This document shows, piece by piece, positions 1-9,586 of a stretch of 64,000 nucleotides of DNA (the stretch's first letter is position 1; each line of letters starts with the position of its first letter). The DNA lies in contig CAJINV010000002.1 in NCBI GenBank assembly GCA_905178155.1, forward strand, positions 146,354-210,353, given 5' to 3'. The position numbers and the translations under genes are program-made. Origin of the DNA: Amoebophrya sp. A120 (lineage: Eukaryota > Protista > Dinoflagellata). The notes below the pieces were generated by a model that saw nothing but the letters and a program-made list of their open reading frames with translations, was not told the DNA's origin and ran no database searches.

Positions 1-118
1 AACCGAGGCCACAGCTGCGTCTCTTGGCCTTCCAGCATTACAAGTCGACTTGTGTACTCAAATACAGCATCACAAATTTCGTTTTCGATATGGGGAGGGG
101 GGATTTTTCCTTTTGATA
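1..118. mobile_element. Introner family E, right part only (cut by window edge)
   Basis: Ends GATATGGGGAGGGGGGATTTTTCCTTTTGATA, the reverse complement of the left end of element 19377-19685; internal GCATTACAA/GCATCACAA motifs. Confidence 0.85.
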
Positions 119-439
119 GGAGGCCCTCATCGTCCTCAAAATCGGAGGACATGTCATCACGACAACTTCCACCAGAGTTCTGGTCCTCTTCACTGTCGCT
201 CTCGGAGCGGACAGAGTGGTCTTCAGCATCGGAGGACCCAGCTTGTTCGTCCGAGTTAATATTCTTGTTCTCTTCATCTTCATCACAGGGTGTTGTGGCC
301 GCACAATAGTAGCCCGAAGATCTACTTCCGTGCTGAGAGGACGCAACAGCAGCGCGTGCTTGTTGCCCTAGTTGCATTTTTCCCATGTCTGCTTTCTTCT
401 TCCGATGCTGCGCTTCTTCAATGGCTAACTCCTGCAAAA
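119..439 (-). pseudogene. Paralogous exon fragment of the giant gene (copy of ~12176-12489)
   Basis: About 90% identical by eye to 12176-12489 (CCCTCATCGTCCTCAAAATCGGAGGACATG...); its upstream continuation is lost after a truncated insert. Confidence 0.7.
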
Positions 440-578
440 TATGCATTGCAAAGGTATCGCACCACAACTCGTAGTCGTACTACTTAATTCTTGCAGATAT
501 GCAAATACATTTTCTTAAGGTACGTCAGCATTACAAATTCGGATTTCTCATGCCGAGGAAATTTGCAATGCAATATAC
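440..578. mobile_element. Truncated introner family A
   Basis: Starts TATGCATTGCAAAGGTATCGC and has the family A interior, but the right terminal repeat is missing; right boundary approximate. Confidence 0.7.
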
Positions 579-712
579 CTTGATCAGGACCACGTGGACG
601 TGGACGTATAACTTAAATTTCAATACGTCGCCGATGTTTTCTTGTTCCTTTTCTTGGCAGACGTCTGATCTATTTATCATGGGAGATTGGGACGAGATTG
701 ATCAGACTCACA

Positions 713-1057
713 GAAGAAAATTCCTCCGAGGAGGCCGGCTACGTTTTCATTCGAAGAGCTGCGCCGAAGGTTGCTACGTGCATTCTGATCTTCCATCATG
801 GGAGAAAGATTGACACCAGCGGCTCCCCGGATTACATGTTGGTACCGAAGTGGTGGAATGATCTTCATTTGAAAACTAAATCCCATTTCCTCAAAGTTCT
901 TGCTTGACCGACAGCAGAGCAATTTTGATCCGACGTGACAACTGTTGCTGTCGATCATGCATGACAGATTTTTGCGTCCTCTGAATTTCCGATCACAAGT
1001 TGGCTTCATCTACGTGACCTGCTAGCTGAACCGACAGAGGAGAAATTTTGATCCGAC
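713..1057 (+). repeat. Diverged ~340-bp dispersed repeat, copy 1
   Basis: Shares long blocks with 8502-8836 (GTTGCTACGTGCATTCTGA, GGTGGAATGATCTTCATTTGAAAACTAAAT, AAGTTGGCTTCATCTACGTGACCTGCTAGC); about 80% by eye. Confidence 0.85.
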
Positions 1058-1430
1058 ATGACAACTTGCATCCGAGGATTTTGATCCGAAAATTTGCATC
1101 CGACAGGTGCAGAAGTTCATCTCGTAGGACTAGGAGACGAGAAGAATCTTGTCATCGCTAGATGGATGAACACTGAAATTTTTCGCGTTCGGAACCGCCC
1201 GTGCCTGCGTCGCGACAAGAACGGCATCTCTTTTGCCCGTTCCGAGAGCCCCCGCAGGCCCGGCGCTACACTTGGAATATCTGTACAGCCCTCACTACCA
1301 AAAAAATCTTGATTAAGAGAACGGAAAACTACATCAATCGACGTCCCTGCCAATGTGGAGTTAATATTTTCACAGAAGACAGTGACAGGCACACCTAGGG
1401 CGTCACCGCGCACAGGTGTCACTTGCGGTA

Positions 1431-1630
1431 GATGAAGCGCCATAGTGATATTTTACTGTGAAGAGATGTTTTCATTATCAGTGCAGTGCTCTGCCCGTTT
1501 ACATCTCTTCTCTTTCGTACTGGTACTTCGGTAGTAATGTAATACTTCTAGTTGTACACAACAGTAGTAGTTCTAGTTTCAGATTCGAGTATATAGGTAG
1601 TTCGAGCAGAGCCAACGTTACTTCTTGAAT
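1431..1630 (+). repeat. Diverged duplicate of 2252-2281 + 3350-3492 (empty-site copy)
   Basis: GATGAA.CGCCATAGTGA...ATGTTTTCATTATCAGTGC...GTAGTTCTAGTTT...AGGTAG.TCGAGC is shared with the interrupted copy. Confidence 0.7.
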
Positions 1631-1681
1631 ACGCTGCTAGAATATAGTCGTGCAAGTAAGAACTAGACCTGCAACCTATGC

Positions 1682-1769
1682 TATCCACCAGTTCCACATT
1701 GTAACAATGCATTTACGATATTCCCGTATCCACCAGTTCCAAAATTATCATGCATTTACGATATGCCCG
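1682..1769 (+). repeat. Tandem ~45-bp duplication
   Basis: TATCCACCAGTTCCA...ATGCATTTACGATAT.CCCG occurs twice in tandem. Confidence 0.75.
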
Positions 1770-2281
1770 TCTAGAATTTGTTTCCGAGCGCCGGTGGAGC
1801 ATAACAATGATAATTTTGGGCAACCTGTACTACGTCTGTGGACTTTTCAGTATAGGAAGTGCCCTGCCATAAACCAATTGCGCCCTGCCGTAGAGCATTC
1901 ATTTTTGCATACGCGATCTGCTATCATGCCCGCACCGGGTAGTTCTTTCGTAGGTTTCAATAAAGGTATTTTTATGTATTAAAACACTTGTTTTGAAGGA
2001 CTATACAGAAAGTACGAACTACAAGCATATAGCATGATGTGGCAGGCGTTGTACTATAAAATTATAAATGATAAACTAGAGGTAAAACGAAGACTGATGT
2101 AGCTACGCCCCCTGACGTACCTCGGTAGCCGATCGCTCTACCAACCGGAGGCACGATTGTTCATGCTTGCATGAACGATCGCGCCATGTTAAAGGTACAA
2201 CGTGCAAATCTGTCTTGCATGATTGTGATGTCAGAACCTGCATGAAATTTTGATGAACCGCCATAGTGACCATAGTTTACT

Positions 2282-3333
2282 TGGCGTAAGTGTTGTCGGG
2301 ACACAGGGGACATGCGGGGGCGCCGCTTTGTTCGCGTGGAGGCCAAGCTTCTGCTTCCCCGGCAACCTCAGATGCGCGCTACTGCGCAACACTCCGCCGA
2401 CTGCTGTGGAGTGCGGCTCCTGCCCGTGTGGTCGATGTGTGGTCCCGCGAAGCGGCCGCGACCAGGCTGACGCGGTGCGCCCTTGCTCCTCGGCCGCAAG
2501 GGCTGCCGCGTGTTCGGCGTTCTGACGCTGCCCCACGCCTGCAGAGCGTGCGCGCCGTCGCCGGTCGGGCTTGTGTTTGTCCCCGGAGTACTGCGAGCGT
2601 ACCCCTTGGGCCGTGGGGCGGAATGCTTTACCGGAGGACACCCCGCGGCCCGTCCGCGGTCTCCCTGCGAGGGGGGCCCGGGTGAGGGACCAAGCCGCCA
2701 AGTTCTGCGCGGCTGCGCTGTGTGCCCCAATCTGGAGGCGTGCGCGGGGCTGTTCTCAACATGAGGCCCGCGGCTTCGTTCGGTTCGCTAACAGTAGGCC
2801 GGCCCGGCCAAGACACACCCGCGGGGTGCGTCTGCTGACGGGCGTGGCCACTGCTGCCCTGTGCCCAATGGGTCCACAGGTGGGTCAGTCTCGCCTTCCT
2901 ACGGCCCGCCCGGGCGTCTGCTTGGTACGCTTGAAAAACAAGCGCGGCCATGCGAGCAACAATTTCGACGCTGGGCCCGCAGGACCAGCAACGATTCCGG
3001 CTGACCGAGAGACCGCTGCCGCGGGCAAGCGTCACGGGCCATCGTCGGACTCGGTCGCGCGAGCTGCTTCACACGCCGGCGCTGCTTAAGCAATCGCGCC
3101 AAGCTTGGCGCGGAGGAACCTAGGGCGGCTCTGTCGCCATCGAGGTGGCTGCGCGGCTTGCGCCCTCGGCGATTTTCCCCACTGGGGCCCCGCTGACTCG
3201 CAGCAGGGTTTTGGCGACGCTGTCGCTTTTGGGGCGCGTCGCTGACGCTGGTGCGTGGTACATCTTCCGACTTTTTCACACCAAGGGAGACAGGCTGTGT
3301 CGCTTACTGCGGCCGTGTCTGTTTATGCTACAG
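2282..3333. mobile_element. GC-rich 1.05-kb insertion with 16-bp target-site duplication
   Basis: GTGACCATAGTTTACT at 2266-2281 and again at 3334-3349; an uninterrupted paralogous site lies near 1431-1480; no recognisable protein. Confidence 0.7.
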
Positions 3334-5389
3334 GTGACCATAGTTTACTGTTAGATGTTAATGTTTTCATTATCAGTGCTCTGCCTGTTTACACCTCTTC
3401 TCTGTCGAAACCGTGCTTCTATTTGTACATAACACTTGTAGTTCTAGTTTAAGGCTCGAATAGAAGTAGGTAGCTCGAGCCGCCTTCTTGAAGAAATAAA
3501 ATCGCGCAAGTACTAAAAATACGAACTACTAGACCACGCCAAAAAAGAAATGGCGCTACACTTCTCCCTGCAGTGGCCGCTTTTACTGCATCTGCTCCTG
3601 CTGCGGCGGCGTAACATCTTCCACCCGTTGGCGATTATCCGCGACGACTATCATAGGAGAAAAACCCACCTCAAGGCTGTTTTCACTTCTAGTCCTAGGG
3701 CAAAGAAAAAAAATAAAAAAGTTGAGGAGTTGGCGTCTGTTTATGAGAAGCAGACTCAACATCTTGCAGGAGATGGCGGCAGCGGATCGACCCGATTGCC
3801 AAAACAATCGAGCAGGGCTTGCTCAGATCTCCCGCTGCGGTGGGCGGCGAGGAGCAGCTGCGCCAAGGCTTCCGCGCCATCTAATTGGGAGCAGAGGAGG
3901 TAGTTCACCAGGAAGCAGGCGCGCGAATTCGGGCGAATTCGCGCGACTGTTTCCTGGTGAGCTACCTGCCCTCCACCCACAGGTACTAAGGTGGCCCGCC
4001 TGTGAAGACGGTCCTCCTTGGCCAAACCACGCGGCGACCCCCAAGCCAGTCCGCCTCGGCAAAGCTTCTGAAGCTCTTTGGCTTTTAAGTCATTTCATAT
4101 TGATATTACTTCAAGCACGGGCGCCGTTATCTAGCTGGCCAAATAAATGAGCCTGCAGCTCATCTAGTACACCAATGCAAGACAGTGTCATCACTGAAAA
4201 ATACGCAACAGTGGGTCACTCCCAAACGTACCGGGGACGTCTTTCCGCTTTGGCGGTGCTGCTTGCCTTGCGTTTTGGAGGTCTACAATTAAATTGATGA
4301 TTTTGAAACATGCAAAGGCCTTTTTGCATGAGAACAGAAACAGAGATTTGGACAGCTCAGGTTCACTCGCAACACAAAAACACGCACCGAACTCACTCGG
4401 GACCGATAGAGAGGGAAGCACTTCAGCCCCTGCCGTCTCACCAAACACAATCTATCTGCCCTATGAAGCAGTAGGAAAAGAAAGTGTGAGGGAGTGCTCG
4501 CTTGTTGACGTGTCATAGAAATTTATGGCGGACAGGGGTACCGGTTCACCGACCATAAAACCACGAAAACAACGTGCTTAGAGGAAGGGAAAAATGGAAT
4601 AGGTAGGAAAAAGCAAGGGAAAGCTCACTCGGGGCACGATAGTCGAAAATCGAAAACGACATACAAATTACGAATCGAGAACAAAAGCGACCAGATCGAG
4701 ACAAAACATCGAGAGCGATAAATAATACACATGGCATGTAACGAGCGAACCAAATAGTACAAATAGAACATACTGTAGAACTAGCAGAGCGTCGAGAACG
4801 GACCAGGCGAGATCGATGTGTAAGTGTAGATCCAATTTGTAATGCGTAGAAATAAACAACCGAGACAGAGAAACGAGAGGCTGATCTTGAGGAACGACCC
4901 ATCTATACGAATATAAAAACATCATAATCGAAAAACACTCTCATGGAAGCCGGGCATGAAAGAAAGAACCGAAACGTGGGAAGATAAAAAAGGAGAAATA
5001 CGAGCATTACAGATTTGTAAACCGATAATGTACCGAAGATTTGCTTTTGAAATCAGAAGAGAAGGTTGCATGGCAGAAGGAGCAAACGAGCAACGAACAG
5101 CAAACGAAGAAACAGAGCAGGCCATCAGAAGTTTATATTCAAAAAAGCCATTGGATGATGACATAAAATTGTAGACTTTGTAGGACCTCACCCAGTTAAA
5201 AAAGCGTATGCAATACAAACATTCCAAGTGTCCAAATTCGAAAAGACAACAAAGTCTTTTTGAATGTGGACCCCCATATGCTGGCATGCAAAAGCCCTAC
5301 AAGTGAGACATACATAGCATAGAAAACGAAAGGGCAATACAAACAGCAGGGGTTCGAGGAATGGATGTAAGGGATGTAACCGGAGATAG

Positions 5390-6739
5390 TTATTCTGAAA
5401 CCAAATACTGGAATTTGTAATCCAATACTTGCATACAGAAAGAAAGGAGGACGCGGCGGAGGGAGACGGAATCTAGCCACTTGTTTTCGCTGTGGCGGGA
5501 CAGTAAAATATCTATTGTTTTCCGGAACATGTTAAAATTAACTAAGTTCTTCATTCTAAGAATAAGCTCTGCTACTTCCCTAAGGAAAAAGAAAAATAAA
5601 TTATTGTTGGAATAAAATCGGAGAAAACTGCCACAAAAACTTGAAAAAATAGCACTTTTAGCTATACAAGATCTTCCAGTAACGTACCTATTAACAGCAA
5701 ACTTAAATAAGCTATTTTTGGAAAAAGTCTTATAGTACACTGTCCCTTTCACTATCGTCAGCTCGAGGTCTAAAAAGACCGCCGAACTGCCGAGCGATTC
5801 CGTTTCGAGGATAAGACCCGTATCCTCGTAGATCTTCCTCCATGCCGTCACGAAACTGGTGTTTTCACTAATGATATCGTCGACGAAACGACAGGTACCA
5901 GCGTACCGCTGTCGTTCCGTCGACGATAGACCACTTAAAAAACGAGATTCTAACGCGCAAAGTACACAATCAATGATTGAGCTTGCGCTACTCAATCCCA
6001 TTGGTATGCCTATTCTTTGTAATAAAGTAATGCCAGCCACGTTTACAAAATTACAACAGATGCATGTTTTCATTACTTGGAATAAGTCGCTGTAGCGAAG
6101 AATAGCCAGAATGCCATCGCGCTTAGACGGTAAGGCTTTTGCTATCCGCATGCCAGAAGCATAAAAAAGGAAAAAGTCATGCTTGTGTTGTTGCAGAGCA
6201 GCATGCATTTGTTCATTTAGAATCCGTATCAAAGTGGAGTGCTTTAACATAGTGTACATACTACTAAAATCACCTTTGAAAAATGATCTGTATTTTCCTT
6301 GGGTGATTTTCTTTCTAGCCCCTAGACTGTCCCGCACGCGGAATCCCTGTGGGACTTGCAACAAAACGTAGTCTAAAATGTGTTTGAGATTGTCACTGAG
6401 GACGCTAATCGGCGTTTTGCTCGTCGCTGAGCAAATAGGCCGGAATGCAATAATGGGGGCTTTATGCATCTTAGCAGAGGGATACAAATAACTCAAACGT
6501 GAAGCGTTTTTGATTCCTGAATGTAGAGTAGGCGCGACACGAGCACAGAGAGCTTGTTTGACAGCATCCAAATTTTTATTGCTCACCTCATATGCACCTT
6601 CCCCAATAAGCATGCCAGGCTTCAAATTATTTTGGTCTACGTTCATTGTAAAGTCCACCCCTTCCTTCAGATCAAAAGTCATCGGCACGTTGAAAAAGTC
6701 CGGGACGCCAGGGTCGAAGTGTGCTTGTTTTCGATACAA
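5390..6739 (-). CDS. Reverse transcriptase of a Penelope-like retroelement (probably 5'-truncated, no endonuclease visible)
   Basis: Motifs LYPSAKMHK..FRPI, GDFSSMYT, QRIGIPMG, RFVDDI and FLDL in the order typical of Penelope-like RTs; AT-rich codon use unlike the host genes; no ATG start. Confidence 0.85.
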   Translation of the reverse strand: MYRKQAHFDPGVPDFFNVPMTFDLKEGVDFTMNVDQNNLKPGMLIGEGAYEVSNKNLDAVKQALCARVAPTLHSGIKNASRLSYLYPSAKMHKAPIIAFRPICSATSKTPISVLSDNLKHILDYVLLQVPQGFRVRDSLGARKKITQGKYRSFFKGDFSSMYTMLKHSTLIRILNEQMHAALQQHKHDFFLFYASGMRIAKALPSKRDGILAILRYSDLFQVMKTCICCNFVNVAGITLLQRIGIPMGLSSASSIIDCVLCALESRFLSGLSSTERQRYAGTCRFVDDIISENTSFVTAWRKIYEDTGLILETESLGSSAVFLDLELTIVKGTVYYKTFSKNSLFKFAVNRYVTGRSCIAKSAIFSSFCGSFLRFYSNNNLFFFFLREVAELILRMKNLVNFNMFRKTIDILLSRHSENKWLDSVSLRRVLLSFCMQVLDYKFQYLVSE

Positions 6740-6761
6740 TTAAATATATTTTTACTTTGCC

Positions 6762-8030
6762 CTATAAGTAAAAAAGGCTTGAGGACTTTTCTAATTTGAT
6801 AACGACCTGCCTCTGTCGGCGCAGGCAACAAGGGCAACAATACTCAGTGGCTGCACTGTAACACCCATTGGCTCTGTCCACGCAGGCGGCGCGTCCGGCA
6901 AGACAACATTCTTCGGCGCGACCGCTAACACAACAGGTTAGGACAAGACAACAGACTGCGCCGTCGATACAATTAGACGCGGCAAGTCCCAGGCGTTCCG
7001 CTACGGTGGGGGTGCGGTGGGGTTCCGCTGCTGCTTCAGCTGCAGCCTGAAGCACCTCCCGAAGCATCGGCTGCCGGCACTCGGGGCATGTCGTGGACAT
7101 CGATCTTCCCGTACGAATCCACGTGCTTGCACACCCCTGGTGTGCAAGGTGTGCCCGCTGGTCGCCCTCCTCGTCAGCGCCAGCTCTGCACAATCGTACC
7201 AATGGGCTGTCTCTCTCGCTCTGCGGCTCCTGACAAATGCAACATTCATTACTCGGGGAACTTGCATTTCCGGCTCCGGTAGCTTGTTCAACATCACCCA
7301 GCTGGACAGGCGCCCCCGTCGCACGTGCAAACATCCTGGTTGAAAACGTCCCCACCCCAGAGTTGTCATGAAAAGTCGCATGCTCAGCCTCATGATGTTC
7401 GTTCCTCATGCAAGAACCCTACTGCGCGCCGTCAAGAGGCACTTTCTAGCAAGAGTTTGGGAAAAATCTGTCATGCGGTCGTCAGGAGAATGTAGTGGAT
7501 TCGTGATGCGCATTGACAAGCTAGGCACGACTACAGCTAATACAATACACTTGTCATGCGTGTTGAGCCCCAAGAATGCGGGCCTTGCTTGTCTCGTAAA
7601 GGAGTTCCCGTCTTGATGACTTTGGGGTGCGGACGTTTTTGCACACGATAAAAGGGGTCCTTCCTCTTCTAGAGCAGCAGCCTAATCCTGCTAAAGGGTT
7701 CCATCCTCCAACACTACCGCCGCCGCTAGAAGGTCCAGGTGCTGCAGCTACAGATCCTCCTTCAGCCGCCTCTGTTTCCAGCAAGCGCCTCTCCCGCGAC
7801 CGCCGCCGTGCTGCCCTGAAGCTGGCGTGCCTTTCCGGCCGCCCCGCTGCCCCTCTGTTGCCAGAAAGGGATAGTGCCTGAAGCTGGAGTGCGTGCGCAA
7901 CAGGTGGTCCAACGAGGAGGGACAAAGAAAACCCTGCCGCGAGAGCCATCGCCATCAACGCCCGGCGCACCCGAGCCTGATAGGAACAACGGAGAGAGGA
8001 ACCGGTACGGGACGAGAGCATCATCTTCAT
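6762..8030 (-). CDS. RING-H2-like zinc-finger protein with hydrophobic N-terminal segment and Cys-rich tail (~314 aa, one introner)
   Basis: ORFs 7554-8030 and 6762-7409 join in frame after removing 7332-7650 plus 5 bp; pattern CxxC..C..HxxHxxCxxxW..CPxC. The true C-terminus may be altered by the adjacent retroelement. Confidence 0.7.
7332..7650. mobile_element. Introner family C
   Basis: CATCCTGGTTGAAAACGTCCCCACCCC ... GGGGTGCGGACGTTTTTGCACACGATA; flanks degenerate (GCAAA/AAAGG) but removal plus 5 bp restores the frame. Confidence 0.8.
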
Positions 8031-8501
8031 GATCTTGGGTAGTTGTACGACAGGTAGTATAGAAATAAACTTGTGTCAGGACGAAAGTTAAAGTTTGGCT
8101 TTGGAGGTTTTGTGATGCAAGATGATATTAGAGATGGTTTAGTTGCTCTTGCTACTTAATACGACAATAAAACGAAGTGAACAAGTTGGAGTAGCAAAAG
8201 GTCACTTCTTCTTCTTCTTTTCAAAACGATGATAGATGCTAAAGGTCGTCAACGAGAATCAAATCCTAGGGGGAGTTGTTGCACAGTGTGTGTTTCAGCT
8301 TCTTTGACTTTTTTTGCAATTTTGACTTCTATGAAGGAGAAGTAAATACAACCGGTTTTCCAGTGGCAATATGTTATGCAGTATTATTGTTTCGTTTTCT
8401 CTAGTGGTAGTTGGGCTGCTGTGTGGAGGTGGAAAGCGGAAAAAAATGCACAGTAGAAATTATCTACCGATCATATTGGCCGCGGGCGCGGCCGCACGCT
8501 G

Positions 8502-8836
8502 CAGAAAATTCCTCTGAGGGGGCCAGCTACGTCGTACTTCTAAGCGCTGCACCGAAAGTTGCTACGTGCATTCTGAGTACCACCATGGGAGAAAGATTGA
8601 CACCAGCCTCCCGGATTATATGTTGGTACCGAAATGGTGGAATGATCTTCATTTGAAAACTAAATCTCATTTTCTCAAAGTTCTTCCTCGCCCGATAGCG
8701 GAGAAATTTTGAACCGACACGACAACTTTTCCTGTCGATGCATGACAGATTTTTGCGCCCTCTGAATTTTCCATCGAAAGTTGGCTTCATCTACGTGACC
8801 TGCTAGCGTGACAGACAGAGCGGAAATCTCGATCCG
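8502..8836 (+). repeat. Diverged ~340-bp dispersed repeat, copy 2
   Basis: Direct-orientation copy of 713-1057. Confidence 0.85.
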
Positions 8837-9586
8837 AGTACCGAGCATTTATTTTTCCCGTAGATCATGACCGCGCGAAAAAGTTGCAGAATACGGACAT
8901 ACATGACCGCGCGGAAAGTAGAGCGTAGTAGCAATTTTTTACTAGTAGTCGCACAGCAGTATGTTCACTTTGTATTGTCACTCACGTCGAAGTCGACTTC
9001 CATGCGATGCAAATGCATTCCATTCTTGGAGACCCATGTGGTCTAGACGGATTTATTGTTCCTTGTGGACCACGAGGCAGTACGAATACATTCGAAGAAG
9101 GTTGATAATATGAAAAGCAAAAGGGTCGTACAAATAGGCTACGTTAGCGTTTCTACATTTTTTTGTTGTGCAAATAGGGAGGTCGAGGACCACAGAAAAC
9201 TGCGATCATGCATATTGTTCTTTTTTCCAAATAATTTGAAAATCATATGTTTTTCCGTTCTGATGAATCTTTTTATTCGATCGTTGTCTTATCGCAAAAA
9301 CGAAATTAATAGAAATACCAGAGACTAGAGTGTTCTGGTGGCATGATTGCGACTGTAAATACTTCTAGCAGTTGTACTAGAAGCGACTTTCTTATACAGT
9401 GAAAATATTTGATCCAGTGTGTGTACTTACGTAACCTACGGCATCGCAAAAAGGCCGTATATACATATAGGGCGCAAACGAAATTTTAAAAATCATTTCT
9501 TCCGATAAAAAAAGCAAACGCAAACCTCAGAATTAGGCCGCTACGTGTCATTGCTGTTCTTTTTCCTTGATACTAGCAAAGGAAGC

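Noticed and set aside
2231-3279. Overlapping 90-170-aa ORFs in GC-rich blocks (also 44443-45291 and 56100-58313)
   Set aside because: They occur in all frames, are Arg/Ala/Pro/Gly-rich and lack domains, as expected from stop-codon scarcity at high GC.
713-8836. LTR retrotransposon defined by the 340-bp direct repeats
   Set aside because: No TG...CA ends, primer-binding site, gag or integrase; the enclosed RT is Penelope-like, and the repeats look far more diverged than the intact RT would suggest.
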